A stretch of DNA of 64,000 bases. It comes from an uncultured Thermotogae bacterium. Its GTDB lineage: Bacteria > Thermotogota > Thermotogae > MWEM01. The stretch is taken from contig OY763325.1 of NCBI GenBank assembly GCA_963667315.1, positions 1,669,380-1,733,379 of the forward strand. Direction: 5' to 3'. The notes under the pieces were generated by a model. It made no database searches. It was given only the letters and a program-made list of their open reading frames with translations, and was not told the origin of the DNA. Shown piece by piece: positions 19,453 through 30,397 of the stretch; position 1 is the stretch's first letter; every line of letters starts with the position of its first letter. A program made the position numbers and the translations under genes.

Positions 19453-20272
19453 CGTTCCAGAGAACATCAAAACTTTCAATCACGAACACTTTGTTGTGAC
19501 CACATCCATTAAACCTAAAAAAGAAGAAGTTCTTAGGGCAATCGCACTGGCAAAAGAACTGAATTCGAAATACGTTTCAAGGAGAAGTTTTAATCGCTTT
19601 ATGCAATCCAACCCACTTGATTTTTATTATGTTATAGAAAAAGACATGATGAAAATACGATGGGGAGAGCCCGGCGGAGAAAATTCAGGTGAATTTTTCT
19701 TTCATCCGGCAAGTTCAAAGATGCGCATGCGTAATCTCAGACATAAGCAGCGGGATCATCTCATTGAAACCCTTGACCTTCAAGGTGATGAGTTGATCTA
19801 CGATTTAACGCTTGGTTTGGGAAGTGAAGCGATACTGATGTCGGCACATCTTGATACGGGAAAAATTATCGGTGTAGAGGGTTCCCGGCACATTTATACC
19901 GTTGTGAAATACGGTATGCAAACATATGTTGATCAATCCAAATGGGTTAATGAGAGCTTTAAACGCATTGAACTCGTTTATGCGGATTATAAAAAATGGA
20001 TTCGCGAACAACCTGACAAATCCTGTGATTATTGTTATTGCGATCCCATGTTCGATAAACCGGTCATGACCTCTTCCGGATTCAATCCACTCAGACCGTT
20101 TGCCGTATATGATAAACTGACACAGCAGGATGTTGAAGAAATGAAACGTATCACCAGAAAAAAAGTCATCGTCAAGGCCCTGTCAAGAGATTCCCTGTTT
20201 AATGATATTGAAACAGATGAGATAAAGGGAAGCCGGTCAAGCGGCGTCATGTATGGAATCATTGAGGTATAG
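19436..20272 (+). CDS. SAM-dependent methyltransferase, RsmJ/DUF548-like
   Basis: GxG motif (DLTLGLGSEAILMSAHLDTGKIIGVEGS) and YCDPMF, resembling the VYLDPMFP motif of 16S rRNA m2G1516 methyltransferase RsmJ; overlaps upstream gene by 17 nt. Confidence 0.55.
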   Translation: MNMTNNVPENIKTFNHEHFVVTTSIKPKKEEVLRAIALAKELNSKYVSRRSFNRFMQSNPLDFYYVIEKDMMKIRWGEPGGENSGEFFFHPASSKMRMRNLRHKQRDHLIETLDLQGDELIYDLTLGLGSEAILMSAHLDTGKIIGVEGSRHIYTVVKYGMQTYVDQSKWVNESFKRIELVYADYKKWIREQPDKSCDYCYCDPMFDKPVMTSSGFNPLRPFAVYDKLTQQDVEEMKRITRKKVIVKALSRDSLFNDIETDEIKGSRSSGVMYGIIEV

Positions 20273-20275
20273 GAA

Positions 20276-21214
20276 ATGAAACCCTCAGGAATCCCCATCG
20301 TTTATGCACCAACTGCAACCGGAAAGACCGAAATTGTCATGTCTCTTTCAAAAATTTTAAACATTGAAATATGTTCTATGGATTCCATGCAGATCTATAA
20401 AAAAATGGATATCGGTACTGCAAAACCGACTCAGAATGAACTTTCAAAGTATCCACATCATCTTTTGAACATTGTCTTTCCGGATGAGAACTACGATGTC
20501 AACCGTTATCGAAAAGACGCTTTAAACATCATAGATTCTATTAAAAAAAATGGTAACACACCGCTTTTTGTCGGTGGTACCGGTCTTTATATGGATGCGT
20601 TAAGATACGGATTGTTTGAAGGTGTCTCACGAGATGAAAATCTGAGAAAAGAACTCGAAAAGAAGGAAACGGAATCTCCCGGGGTATTGATGGAAATTCT
20701 GACCCGGGTAGATCCCGAAGCCGCATCCAAAATACACCCGAATGATCTGAAAAGAAAAATAAGGGCACTGGAAGTTTTTTATCTGACGGGAAAAAGATTT
20801 TCTGAAATTGGCCGGGAAAGAAAAGCGGATGAAAGGTTCATCATGATTTACCTGATCAGAAATCGTGAGGCTATTTATAAAAGGGTCAATGCGCGTGTAG
20901 AAATGATGATAAAAAAAGGACTTATAGAAGAAACCGCTGAACTGATGCGGGATTACTCTCCGCATCTTCAATCTATGAAAGCCATTGGTTATCGAGAAAC
21001 GATAGATTTTCTGAATGGCTGTTTTGAATCAAAGGAAGCATTTGTCGAGACGTTGAAAAAAAATACGCGCCATTATGCCAAAAGGCAGATCATATGGGCA
21101 AGACGCTATAAAGAGATATTCCCTGTCACTGTCGATGACAAAGAGACGAAAGAGATCTGTGATGAAATTACCACTATCCTCTCTACTCACGGAAAGGCTT
21201 TCAACAGCCTGTGA
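20276..21214 (+). CDS. miaA: tRNA dimethylallyltransferase
   Basis: P-loop at N-terminus (APTATGKTE), SMDSMQIYKKMDIGTAKPT block typical of MiaA; 312 aa. Confidence 0.9.
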   Translation: MKPSGIPIVYAPTATGKTEIVMSLSKILNIEICSMDSMQIYKKMDIGTAKPTQNELSKYPHHLLNIVFPDENYDVNRYRKDALNIIDSIKKNGNTPLFVGGTGLYMDALRYGLFEGVSRDENLRKELEKKETESPGVLMEILTRVDPEAASKIHPNDLKRKIRALEVFYLTGKRFSEIGRERKADERFIMIYLIRNREAIYKRVNARVEMMIKKGLIEETAELMRDYSPHLQSMKAIGYRETIDFLNGCFESKEAFVETLKKNTRHYAKRQIIWARRYKEIFPVTVDDKETKEICDEITTILSTHGKAFNSL

Positions 21215-21289
21215 TTTCCGCAAAAAAAGAAAGACAATAACTCAAAACAGTTCAAGAAATGTTTACAGATATTACCGGGATCCAAGCAC

Positions 21290-21318
21290 TTGAAATTCAG
21301 AGAATGGTATGGTATACT
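21290..21318 (+). promoter_or_regulatory. Promoter for the tRNA pair (TTGAAA-17nt-TATACT)
   Basis: TTGAAA 21290-21295, TATACT 21313-21318, 15 nt upstream of tRNA 5' end. Confidence 0.5.
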
Positions 21319-21333
21319 ACCGTTGCTTGAAAC

Positions 21334-21423
21334 GGAGAGGTGGCCGAGCGGCCGAAGGCGCTTGCCTGCTAAGCAAGTGAGGACTTACGTTCTCCGAGGG
21401 TTCGAATCCCTCCTTCTCCGCCA
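21334..21423 (+). tRNA. tRNA-Ser (anticodon GCT), long variable arm, encoded CCA
   Basis: Hand-folded: acceptor GGAGAGG/CTTCTCC, D arm, anticodon stem CTTGC/GCAAG with loop CTGCTAA, long extra arm, T arm GAGGG-TTCGAAT-CCCTC, discriminator G, CCA. Confidence 0.88.
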
Positions 21424-21435
21424 TTCGCGTTGTAT

Positions 21436-21512
21436 GTGCCCGTAGCTCAATTGGATAGAGCGTCACACTGCGGATGTGGAGGCTGGGCGTTCAAATCGCC
21501 CCGGGCACACCA
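21436..21512 (+). tRNA. tRNA-Arg (anticodon read as GCG), encoded CCA
   Basis: Hand-folded: acceptor GTGCCCG/CGGGCAC, D arm GCTC-AATTGGATA-GAGC, anticodon stem TCACA/TGTGG loop CTGCGGA (34-36 = GCG), T arm GGGCG-TTCAAAT-CGCCC, discriminator A, CCA. Confidence 0.8.
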
Positions 21513-21546
21513 TTAATCAAATATTTCTTTAAAAGCGGGCGATTCT

Positions 21547-22467
21547 ATGCGTCCTTTTTTCTTATTTATCACCATCATCAGTATCACTTTCATAGTCATT
21601 TCATGTACGAACGCTTCGTATATTTGTTATTTCAAAGAAGACGGTCTCAGATCTGTCACCCTTAATGCCATCGCACAAGCCAGTCACTCGCTCGATATTT
21701 GCGTCTACGACATCTCCGATGCAGAAATTATCGAATTGCTCAACGTAAAAGCCTTGGAGGGTGTGACGGTACGTATCTGTACGGATGATTCCAATTCTCT
21801 TTTCTTAACGTCCTCAAGGGTCATTTATGATACAACAGGATTGATGCACAACAAGTATATGATCATCGACGGAAAAAGGCTCTGGTTCGGTTCAACGAAT
21901 TTGACCCCCACAAGTCTTGATGAACATGAAAACAACGTCATTTTAACCGATGACACGAACCTGATAGAACTTTTCACCAATCATTTCGAACAATGTTTTG
22001 AGGGGAGATTCAAGACACAACGTACCCCTTCCGATTCACCCGTTGTCAAATTCTCACCCGAAGAAAATTGTTTCGATATGATACTGAAAGAGCTTTCTAC
22101 GGCCAAAAGAAGTGTTAAAATAGCCATGTTCGCATTCAGCGACAACAGGATAGCACATTATCTGAAAATCCTTTCATCAAAAGGGGTAAATATCAAAATA
22201 ATAGCAGACCGAGAATGGAATATCAGCAGCATTTACAGTGATGTTGAGGAGATGTCACGCTATACAGATATGCGTTTTGACGGGTGTCAAGCGCTTCTGC
22301 ATGAAAAGTTCGTCATCATAGATGACAGATTGCTGTTGACGGGTTCCTATAATTATACGGCATCGGCACAGAGCAGGAATGACGAATTTCTGATAAAGAC
22401 TTCGGATATCTACCTTCTCGAAAGATTCATCTCACATTTCGACAGATTATGGAGTGAAAGCCTTTAA
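21547..22467 (+). CDS. Phospholipase D-family (two HKD motifs) lipoprotein/exported protein
   Basis: Signal peptide with lipobox-like VISC; HxK(x)4D motifs HNKYMIIDGKRLWFGSTN and HEKFVIIDDRLLLTGSYN; ~300 aa, Nuc/cardiolipin-synthase-like minimal PLD architecture. Confidence 0.8.
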   Translation: MRPFFLFITIISITFIVISCTNASYICYFKEDGLRSVTLNAIAQASHSLDICVYDISDAEIIELLNVKALEGVTVRICTDDSNSLFLTSSRVIYDTTGLMHNKYMIIDGKRLWFGSTNLTPTSLDEHENNVILTDDTNLIELFTNHFEQCFEGRFKTQRTPSDSPVVKFSPEENCFDMILKELSTAKRSVKIAMFAFSDNRIAHYLKILSSKGVNIKIIADREWNISSIYSDVEEMSRYTDMRFDGCQALLHEKFVIIDDRLLLTGSYNYTASAQSRNDEFLIKTSDIYLLERFISHFDRLWSESL

Positions 22468-22500
22468 AAAAAGCCTCCGGAATAACATCGGAGGCTTTGA
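22465..22500. terminator. Bidirectional terminator (PLD / MCP convergent)
   Basis: AAAAAAAGCCTCCGgaataacatCGGAGGCTTT. Confidence 0.65.
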
Positions 22501-22537
22501 TCTCTATAATATTTTTAAACGCATCTGTTTATTCAAC

Positions 22538-24841
22538 CTATACCGTAAATTTATCGATCTCCTCATTCAATTCATCGGCGAGTCTTGCCAGATGTTCCGT
22601 TGAGTCATTCAGAACTTCAACAGAATGCATCTGTTTTTCAACCTGATTTACCATCAATTCAACCTGAGAAGCGGCATGAACCATGGATTGTGCAGACTGA
22701 TCCATAGCACCAGCGATCTCATCAGCCGCTGCACTCTGCTCTTCAGCCGTATTACTGAGATTTTCAACCGACTCAAGAACAGCCATGAGATTGGCTGAAA
22801 TCTGATTAAACTGTGCCATGGCTGACTGTGCCGTATCGTTCATATTATTCACAATATCCAGTGTTTTATCAGATGCGGTGTTAACGGACTGCACACCGTT
22901 CCCGATCTCTTTCAGCCTGTTGCCGATATCTTCCGTCGCTTTCTTACTTTCCTCAGCGAGCTTTCTGATTTCATCGGCAACTACGGCAAAACCTTTTCCG
23001 GCCTCTCCCGCTCTTGCAGCCTCTATTGCGGCATTTAAAGCCAGAAGATTGGTCTGTTCGGAAATACTTGAAATCGTTCCGACAATCTCTCCAACGTACT
23101 TTGCCTGCTCCTGAAGACTTTCAACATATTTTGAAGTCTCTGAAGCCTGAACTTCAGCCTCTTTCACAATTTCTGTAACCTTTGTCAGTTCCTGTTCCCC
23201 TGTTTTTGCCGACTCGGTTGTCTGAGACGTCTGTTCATAAAGCTCTCTTGAAATATCCGAAACATTCTTGGCGGAAGCGGCTACTTCTTCTATTCCCGAA
23301 CTGACTTCTTCTATGGCTGCCGATGTATCCTGAACATTCTGATCGGTTCTATCCGATATCTGTTTCAGATCATCGGATGTCTGTCTCGATTCTTCCGAGA
23401 TTGTTTCAAGTTCTGTCGTTGTTCCCTGAACACTCGCCATAGAGGCCTTTACATTTATCAAAGTTGATTTCATTGAATGGACAATTTCCTTCAATGCCTG
23501 TTCTGCCGTTCCCAGCTCATCGTTCTTAATCTTCTCAGCAAACTCAACGGACAGATCAAGCTCCTGAACTCTGTCTGTCTTGTCTGTCAATGATTTCATG
23601 GATTTTCTGATCGACCTTCTGATAAAAATCACGATAACAACGCTTAACACGATTGAGATCAAAACAATATAGAGGAGATTCTGATTGTTCCCGGAAATGA
23701 TCTTTATGCTTTTTGCACTGGCATCTTTCGCCTCAGAAATACTCACGTTAAAGCGGTCACCATTTTGCTGAATCAGGTTATCAAGTTTGATTTCAATATT
23801 GGCAATCGATTCATCCACCTCTACGTTGATAATCTCAAGCGCCATATCATCCGCAAAGGTCTTCGATAGTTCCGTATACATTATTTCATCGTTGATATAG
23901 TCGAGATCCTGTTGTATCCTTTTTTCTTCAATCAAATACTCATTCAGCAGCTTCATTTCTTCGATATAAAGGCTTACAGACTGTTTCATAAAGACGGCAA
24001 CAACTGAATTTAAAAGACCAAAATCGTATTGAAGATCGACAAATTTTCCGATGTTTTCTTTAATCCGCACAGCTTCTTTAATATATTCATCGGCATCTTT
24101 GGGATCCATGATCAATTGTCTTGTGTTCAAGATCAAAGCCATAAAATTATTCAGATCAACCCCCATACCCAGGATCTCTTCTGTCCATAGCTCTTCTATC
24201 TCAAGTAACCTGAAATCTTCGAGATATGCGTCTTTTAACAAACGGGTTCTGATCTGATCGAATGTATCATCTACCGCTTCTTTCTTACCTCCGAATTCTT
24301 CATTCATCCCCATATAAACCTTTTGAAAGTCCTTTAATTTGAAGCTTGTCACTTTTAAGATATTCTCTTTATCCATTTTATTCAATTGCACTTTGTGATC
24401 AAGATCACTCAAATCATTCCTTAATTCAGCAAGGGTAATGGATGAATCTATCGCATCAATCTTGTTGATATAAACGGAATCAACCTGTCCTCTTATATTG
24501 TTAAAATCCTCGATGAGTAATTCATAGACCCCAAGCTCTTTTGCCTTCGTTTCAATCTCGCTAAAGGATTCGTTAAATTGATTCATCAATGATTCTTCAG
24601 TTTCAATATCCTTTGCATACCCCAGCTTTAAAACAGTCAGAAGCATATCACCGATTTTATCGGAAAATCCCGATATCTCCTGAAAATCGCCAAACACTTT
24701 CTGAGATGTTACAAGTTTTTCCGAAATTGCATCTCCTTCAGCCGAGATCCCCCTCTCTGAAAGCATGGATAACGCAAATAAAGCAGCAAACAACACTATG
24801 ACTATCGCAAAACTTATAATCATCTTCTTGGATATAGTCAT
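22538..24841 (-). CDS. Methyl-accepting chemotaxis protein
   Basis: 767 aa; N-terminal TM, large helical sensor region, second TM, HAMP, conserved signalling tip ([38 protein letters not shown]). Confidence 0.9.
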   Translation of the reverse strand: MTISKKMIISFAIVIVLFAALFALSMLSERGISAEGDAISEKLVTSQKVFGDFQEISGFSDKIGDMLLTVLKLGYAKDIETEESLMNQFNESFSEIETKAKELGVYELLIEDFNNIRGQVDSVYINKIDAIDSSITLAELRNDLSDLDHKVQLNKMDKENILKVTSFKLKDFQKVYMGMNEEFGGKKEAVDDTFDQIRTRLLKDAYLEDFRLLEIEELWTEEILGMGVDLNNFMALILNTRQLIMDPKDADEYIKEAVRIKENIGKFVDLQYDFGLLNSVVAVFMKQSVSLYIEEMKLLNEYLIEEKRIQQDLDYINDEIMYTELSKTFADDMALEIINVEVDESIANIEIKLDNLIQQNGDRFNVSISEAKDASAKSIKIISGNNQNLLYIVLISIVLSVVIVIFIRRSIRKSMKSLTDKTDRVQELDLSVEFAEKIKNDELGTAEQALKEIVHSMKSTLINVKASMASVQGTTTELETISEESRQTSDDLKQISDRTDQNVQDTSAAIEEVSSGIEEVAASAKNVSDISRELYEQTSQTTESAKTGEQELTKVTEIVKEAEVQASETSKYVESLQEQAKYVGEIVGTISSISEQTNLLALNAAIEAARAGEAGKGFAVVADEIRKLAEESKKATEDIGNRLKEIGNGVQSVNTASDKTLDIVNNMNDTAQSAMAQFNQISANLMAVLESVENLSNTAEEQSAAADEIAGAMDQSAQSMVHAASQVELMVNQVEKQMHSVEVLNDSTEHLARLADELNEEIDKFTV

Positions 24842-25031
24842 AAATCACCCTCCTGAGTAAATTCTTCTTTAACATTTCCAAACACTGATGATTATATCAT
24901 CAATCCCTCTCTATAAAGTTAAAAACAAGAAAATAACTCATAAACATTATCATTTAAAAGGCGGATAAAAAGGGTATTTTTACAAAAGCTGTAAAATTTT
25001 AATCAAACAGAAGAAATAAATTTCATTTGTA

Positions 25032-25991
25032 TTAACGTCTCCTGTCCTCGAAATAGCTGCTTCCAAGATGTTGCTTTGCAAGTTTTTTTAAAGCAGTACA
25101 GGCATCATTGACTTCTAAATATCTTGTATATTTTGTTTTTTCCAGATTAACGCATGCAATACTGACCGAAACAAGCGGGAATTCCTGCTTTTCTCCTGCT
25201 CTATTCACGGAAATGATCTTCCCTTCACCGATATCTCTTTGAGAATAAAATTGTTTGATGTGTTTATCAAATAAATTCAGAAAGCGTTCAAGAAATTCAA
25301 TATGTCCATCGGACGGTATGATGGCAAAAAAATCATCCCCCCCAATATGCGCAAGAAATGAATCCTCCATATCCTCCATCTGTTGACTGAGCAATTCAGC
25401 TGTAAAAAGGATAATCTTATCTCCCATTGCAAATCCATATTTATCGTTATAAGCCTTGAAATTATCCAGATCGAGATACAGTACACAAACCGCTTCTTTA
25501 TTCTTAAGCGCAGCATTCACCCTCAGCATGATCGCATTGTTACCGGGAAGACCCGTCAACGGATTCGATTCCAGGGCATATTTATAAAGCCTCTTCAATT
25601 CTGAAAGGGATGTGCTCAACCTCAGATGCGTGTTGACCCTCGCGAGAACGATTGACGGTACAAAAGGTTTCCGGATATAATCAACAGCACCTGCCGCCAA
25701 CCCTTTTTCTTCATCTCCCACTTGATTCATTGCCGAAATGAAGATCACAGGGATGTCCTTTACTCTTTCCATTCCTTTTAAGATTTTACAGACCTCAAAC
25801 CCATCAATTTCGGGCATCATAATATCCAGCAAAATAAGATCGGGAATCTTCCCCATCTCTATTATTTCAAGGGCTTTTCTCCCCGAATTTGCGGCAATAA
25901 GTGTATAATCTTCTCTTAATAACCCGGAAAGCAATTTTAAATTTAACGGTTCATCATCTACGATCATGATTGTGTATTTTTTATCGTTCAT
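25032..25991 (-). CDS. Response regulator with GGDEF (diguanylate cyclase) output domain; signature reads GGDDF
   Basis: REC domain (MIVDDEPLNL...DIMMPEIDGFEV) + GGDEF-fold (RYLEVNDACTALK... HIGGDDFFAI). Confidence 0.85.
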   Translation of the reverse strand: MNDKKYTIMIVDDEPLNLKLLSGLLREDYTLIAANSGRKALEIIEMGKIPDLILLDIMMPEIDGFEVCKILKGMERVKDIPVIFISAMNQVGDEEKGLAAGAVDYIRKPFVPSIVLARVNTHLRLSTSLSELKRLYKYALESNPLTGLPGNNAIMLRVNAALKNKEAVCVLYLDLDNFKAYNDKYGFAMGDKIILFTAELLSQQMEDMEDSFLAHIGGDDFFAIIPSDGHIEFLERFLNLFDKHIKQFYSQRDIGEGKIISVNRAGEKQEFPLVSVSIACVNLEKTKYTRYLEVNDACTALKKLAKQHLGSSYFEDRRR

Positions 25992-25994
25992 CCG

Positions 25995-28900
25995 TTATCC
26001 TTCCAACTCAATATTCTCCCTGAACGCATACGCTTTTAAAGATTCACGGGCAGTATCAAAATCAAATTTATCCAATTCCGCCGTTATTTTATCAAGCAAC
26101 GGTTTATTCCCGTTGTGATGTGTTTTAAACTTCTCGATCAGGGATAAAGCATCCGGATTATAATTCAGAATTTCTTTATACAATGCCTTTAACAACGCCA
26201 GTTTCTCTCCGGTATTACCTTCTTCGGAATGTCCCCGATCATCTTTCTGTCTGGGAAGCATCACACTTTCAACCTCACGAAGCGATTTTTCAAACGACGC
26301 CAAACTCATCTGCAATTTGTTGAAAAGGATGCCGACGGCTTTAACTTCTTCAGTTTTTATTGCCTGTTCCAATTCGGAAGCCCTCTCTGCAACTTCCGTT
26401 ATCGAGAGGTTCGACGCTGTTCCCTTGATAGAATGCGCCGCCATTCTTGCCGCTTTCATATCATTCTGCCTGATCGATTCGTTCAGTCTGTTCACAAACA
26501 TATAGCTTTCTGATAGAAACTCTTTCAGGAATCGGACGTATACAGCCTTGTCCCCCATCACCCTCTGTAAACCGCTCTCAACATCTATCCCCTCAAATTT
26601 GACGGAGGATGAATCAGCTTTCACAAGTTCTTTCTGTCGTATCAACATTTTTCCATAATATTTTTTGAAAACATCGTACAGCCTGTTCCGATCAATCGGC
26701 TTCGTAACAACTTCATCCATTCCAGCTGCAAGACATTTCTCAAACTCGGATTGAATCACACCCGCTGTCAAGGCGATAATCGGTATATGAACACCATTGT
26801 TCTTTTCCGATTCCCTGATTATTCGCGTTGCCTCTAATCCACCCATCACAGGCATCTGTACATCCATCAGAACGATATCCGGCTGATTTTGTTTATATTT
26901 CCTGACGGCTTCCTCCCCGTTTACCGCTTCAATCAATTTTGAATCAGGAATGATTTCACGTATAATCGTTTTTACCAACTGCATATTGATGTCAACATCT
27001 TCGGCAATCAGGAGGGTCATGTCATAATCAAGGACTTTTTGATTAACAGCCTGCCAGACTTCATCTTTCAGAATATCGAGATTTTCGGTATGCAGATTCT
27101 TCAAATAGTACAGCAGCTCTTCCGCCTTTACCGGTTTAATCAGATTAAATCTCACATCAAGGGATTTACACTTCTCATGCATCAAAACATCATCAGACGA
27201 ACTGTGAAGCATGATGATCGGTTGCATCTCTTTCGGGAATTTTTCCCGAATCAATTTGATGGTATCAAAACCATCTATTTCCGGCATATGATAATCAACG
27301 ATGATCACATCAAAGGGTTCTGATTGTTCAAGATAGGCAACGGCATCATACCCGTTACTAAACCCTTTATAGTCAATGCCCCAGTGTTTAAAATTATGTT
27401 CCAGGATAAGTCTGTTATTGATGTTGTCATCAACAACCATAACCCGGTTAACGCTCTGAACAGCCGTATATTCCGTCATTTTCTCATCATAATATCTTGT
27501 ATCGATAGAGAAATAGAAAGTCGTTCCAAGACCCGGTTTGCTTTTGAACCTGATCTGCCCTCCCATCTTCTCAACCAGAAGATTAGAGATTACCAATCCA
27601 AGACCCGTTCCACCAAACTTCCTTGTCGTTGATGTATCCGCCTGTGAAAACGCCTTAAACAATTTGCTTCTTTGTTCTTCTGAAATTCCAATCCCTGTAT
27701 CTCTGACGTAGAAATGATATCGACCATTTTCCTCATCGAGTCTTTCAAATGTCATTTTCAATTCCACTTCACCCTTTTCGGTAAACTTCACCGCATTGCT
27801 CAGAAGATTGACAAGAACCTGCTTTACCCGAACCGTATCGATTTTGGCGAGTGGCGGGATACCCGGTTGAATGTTGAGCAACATCTCCAGCCCTTTCTGC
27901 GATGAGGGAAATTTAAGGATATCAACGGCATTCCCGGCTATTTGCAGTATATTGGCCTTTATCACTTCCAGTTCGAGCTTTCCCGCTTCGATCTTTGAAA
28001 AATCAAGAATATCGTTGATAATTCCAAGCAATGAATGTCCGGAAAGACTGATATTTTTTACATACTGCTGCTGTGTTGCATTCAGTGGCGTCGATTTCAA
28101 GAGATCTGTAAAACCGATAACACCGTTCAGCGGCGTCCTGATTTCGTGACTCATATTGGCAAGAAATTCAGATTTAGCCTTATTCGCTTTTGCCGCCTCT
28201 TCAGCAAGAAATTCAGAAACCCTGGCCGATTCTTTCAAGGTCTTGTTTTTCTGATACAATTCTTCAGTCCTTTGACGAATTTTCTCCTCAAGTTCACGGT
28301 TCATCTCTTTCATTCGACCGTAAAGATGACTGTTTTCCAAAGACATTCGATTAAAGGTTCCGGAGATTTCCTCTATTTCATTCTCCGTTGAGATATCCAC
28401 CTGAATCCCCAAATTCCCCCTTTCAAATTCTTTCATACCATCTTCCAGATCAGCGAGGGGATTCGTTACCAGTTTATGCAATTTCCGATTGACGACCAGT
28501 ATAAAGAGAACCAGTGCTATCAGGATCAGTGTCAGGTAGAGTCCCAAAGCAACGAGCATATTCTGCACCTGTTCCTGAACGGAATATTCAATCTTAAAAT
28601 ACCCCACATTATCCCCGGCAACTTCAATACTGATGATATACTCAAACTTGGAATTAAACAATTCAAAAACAAATTCACGGTTATAATCCGAATGGTTAAA
28701 GTCCTCTCTGAGAATATCCAGCTGATAAGGAACTCTCGCTTCATCGGTTGAAACGATGAAAGACCCATCAGAAAAGAAAACATCTACGGTGTCCACCTCG
28801 TCATAATTGAGAAAATTATCAACCATTTCTCCTACACCTTCCACGTTCTTCATAAAGATTTGAAACCCGATGGTACCGGATCTCATATTCATCAGTGTAA

Positions 28901-29096
28901 GTAAGAGTTTTTCCGATCTTGCAAGTGAATATTCAAATTTTTGATATTCCATGGGGATTATCAACCCCAAAGAGAGGACCAGAACAATGACAGACGTGAC
29001 GATAAAACTGTTTCGTATCTGTCTGTTTAATTTATTTCTACCTTTTCTTGTGTGTTCATTCCTTTTAAATGCTTTCATAAATTTTTCCTTCAACAA
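25995..29096 (-). CDS. Hybrid sensor histidine kinase (periplasmic sensor, HAMP, HisKA, HATPase, two REC domains, C-terminal HPt)
   Basis: 1033 aa; H-box [15 protein letters not shown]-boxes (DTGIGI, GGTGLGL), REC ([19 protein letters not shown]), HPt ([11 protein letters not shown]). Confidence 0.9.
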   Translation of the reverse strand: MLKEKFMKAFKRNEHTRKGRNKLNRQIRNSFIVTSVIVLVLSLGLIIPMEYQKFEYSLARSEKLLLTLMNMRSGTIGFQIFMKNVEGVGEMVDNFLNYDEVDTVDVFFSDGSFIVSTDEARVPYQLDILREDFNHSDYNREFVFELFNSKFEYIISIEVAGDNVGYFKIEYSVQEQVQNMLVALGLYLTLILIALVLFILVVNRKLHKLVTNPLADLEDGMKEFERGNLGIQVDISTENEIEEISGTFNRMSLENSHLYGRMKEMNRELEEKIRQRTEELYQKNKTLKESARVSEFLAEEAAKANKAKSEFLANMSHEIRTPLNGVIGFTDLLKSTPLNATQQQYVKNISLSGHSLLGIINDILDFSKIEAGKLELEVIKANILQIAGNAVDILKFPSSQKGLEMLLNIQPGIPPLAKIDTVRVKQVLVNLLSNAVKFTEKGEVELKMTFERLDEENGRYHFYVRDTGIGISEEQRSKLFKAFSQADTSTTRKFGGTGLGLVISNLLVEKMGGQIRFKSKPGLGTTFYFSIDTRYYDEKMTEYTAVQSVNRVMVVDDNINNRLILEHNFKHWGIDYKGFSNGYDAVAYLEQSEPFDVIIVDYHMPEIDGFDTIKLIREKFPKEMQPIIMLHSSSDDVLMHEKCKSLDVRFNLIKPVKAEELLYYLKNLHTENLDILKDEVWQAVNQKVLDYDMTLLIAEDVDINMQLVKTIIREIIPDSKLIEAVNGEEAVRKYKQNQPDIVLMDVQMPVMGGLEATRIIRESEKNNGVHIPIIALTAGVIQSEFEKCLAAGMDEVVTKPIDRNRLYDVFKKYYGKMLIRQKELVKADSSSVKFEGIDVESGLQRVMGDKAVYVRFLKEFLSESYMFVNRLNESIRQNDMKAARMAAHSIKGTASNLSITEVAERASELEQAIKTEEVKAVGILFNKLQMSLASFEKSLREVESVMLPRQKDDRGHSEEGNTGEKLALLKALYKEILNYNPDALSLIEKFKTHHNGNKPLLDKITAELDKFDFDTARESLKAYAFRENIELEG

Positions 29097-29110
29097 TTAA
29101 ATATTGAAAA

Positions 29111-29145
29111 ATCAAAAAAACGGATGCCATATCCGTTTTTTTGAT
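29111..29145. terminator. Bidirectional terminator
   Basis: AAAAAAACGGATgccatATCCGTTTTTTT. Confidence 0.6.
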
Positions 29146-29165
29146 TTTATTTTCAGCAAGAAGCT

Positions 29166-30299
29166 TTACTCACTGACAACCGTTGTACTGTAAACAATAT
29201 CATTGGCTTCATACTTCAGAATAACAGCATCTTTATTATAGGGATCCCGCCCCCTTGAATAATCAATTGTACCGGTAACCCCTTTAAAACCTGTTATTTT
29301 ATCCAATTCAGATTTGATAGCTGAAGGGTTAAAATTCCCCGCATTTTCAACCGCTTCTGCAAGCAGCATGAGGGCATCATAGGCCAAAGCGGCACTTGAT
29401 GCGATCAATCCTTCCCCGTAATGGGATTCATAACGTTCCACAAACGCTTTACTAAGCGATGAATCGACATCTTTATGCCAGTGATTGACGAAATAATTTC
29501 CTTCAGCTGCCTCTTCTCCGGCAACACCAAGCGCACCTTTTCCCCATCCGTCGCCACCGAGGAATATAGAATCAATTCCCATCATATGCGCCTGCTTCAT
29601 GATCAGACCACTGTCACTGCCATGACCGGGAACGAAAACAACATCAGGATTTGCAGCCTTAACCTGCGTCAGTATTTCGGTATAATTCACATCTTCCCCC
29701 GCATAAGTCTGCTGCAAGATGACATTATCTGTTTTCGAAAACTCTTCAATAAAGTACCTTGAAATCCCAACGCTGTAAGGACTTGTGGTCTTGATCAGAA
29801 CTGCCGCAGTTTTCGCATCAAGGGCTTCAATCGCAAATCTCGCCATCGCCGTCCCCTGAAAAGGATCAATAAAACAAGCTCTGTAAATATAGTCCCCAAT
29901 CTGCGTTATCTCTTCTGCCGTTGAAATAGGTGAAATCATGATGATATCTTTTTCCTGGATCTTCGGTGCAATATATTTCGACAAGCCACTCGTATTCGCC
30001 CCTATGATGGCAAATAAGTTCTCGGGGGAAAACATCTTTGTTTCAAGTGTCTTTAACGTTTCAAGATCAAACGAATAGATCATACAATCCAGTATTTCAA
30101 CCTCTTTGCCGAGAAGCCCCCCTCGTTCATTGATGGCCTCTGCTGCAAGCGTAACGCCCTTTAAATCCTCCGCTGAAACAAAATTCTCGACAGCTGTCCG
30201 CGATTGACCGTATACAACCGGGATCACCACCTTTTCCTGTGCAAAAAGCACGGTGACAAAAACCATGATAATGACAAACAACATCACTTTTTTATTCAT
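29166..30299 (-). CDS. Periplasmic binding protein, type-1 PBP (LivJ/branched-chain amino acid-binding-like), no cognate permease/ATPase adjacent
   Basis: Signal peptide MNKKVMLFVIIMVFVTVLFA; type-1 periplasmic binding fold blocks (GPISTAEE, VFVPGHGSDSG). Confidence 0.8.
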   Translation of the reverse strand: MNKKVMLFVIIMVFVTVLFAQEKVVIPVVYGQSRTAVENFVSAEDLKGVTLAAEAINERGGLLGKEVEILDCMIYSFDLETLKTLETKMFSPENLFAIIGANTSGLSKYIAPKIQEKDIIMISPISTAEEITQIGDYIYRACFIDPFQGTAMARFAIEALDAKTAAVLIKTTSPYSVGISRYFIEEFSKTDNVILQQTYAGEDVNYTEILTQVKAANPDVVFVPGHGSDSGLIMKQAHMMGIDSIFLGGDGWGKGALGVAGEEAAEGNYFVNHWHKDVDSSLSKAFVERYESHYGEGLIASSAALAYDALMLLAEAVENAGNFNPSAIKSELDKITGFKGVTGTIDYSRGRDPYNKDAVILKYEANDIVYSTTVVSE

Positions 30300-30397
30300 C
30301 GTACATCCCTCCTGTCATCTGATCGATTTGGTTTAATTTACAATTAAAAGATTAAAGCTTCTTTCAGAATATAGACATTCAGATATTCAGCGTTGTG

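Noticed and set aside
21474-21665. 63-aa ORF overlapping the tRNA-Arg 3' end and the PLD start
   Set aside because: It overlaps a tRNA gene and the better-supported PLD CDS.
21547-22467. PLD-family protein as an anti-phage or restriction-like nuclease
   Set aside because: It carries a lipoprotein signal peptide and has no helicase, methylase or ATPase partner. An extracytoplasmic PLD or Nuc enzyme is more likely.
26229-28751. Several plus-strand 60-120-aa ORFs opposite the hybrid histidine kinase
   Set aside because: Shadow ORFs inside a 1033-aa gene that has all kinase motifs intact.
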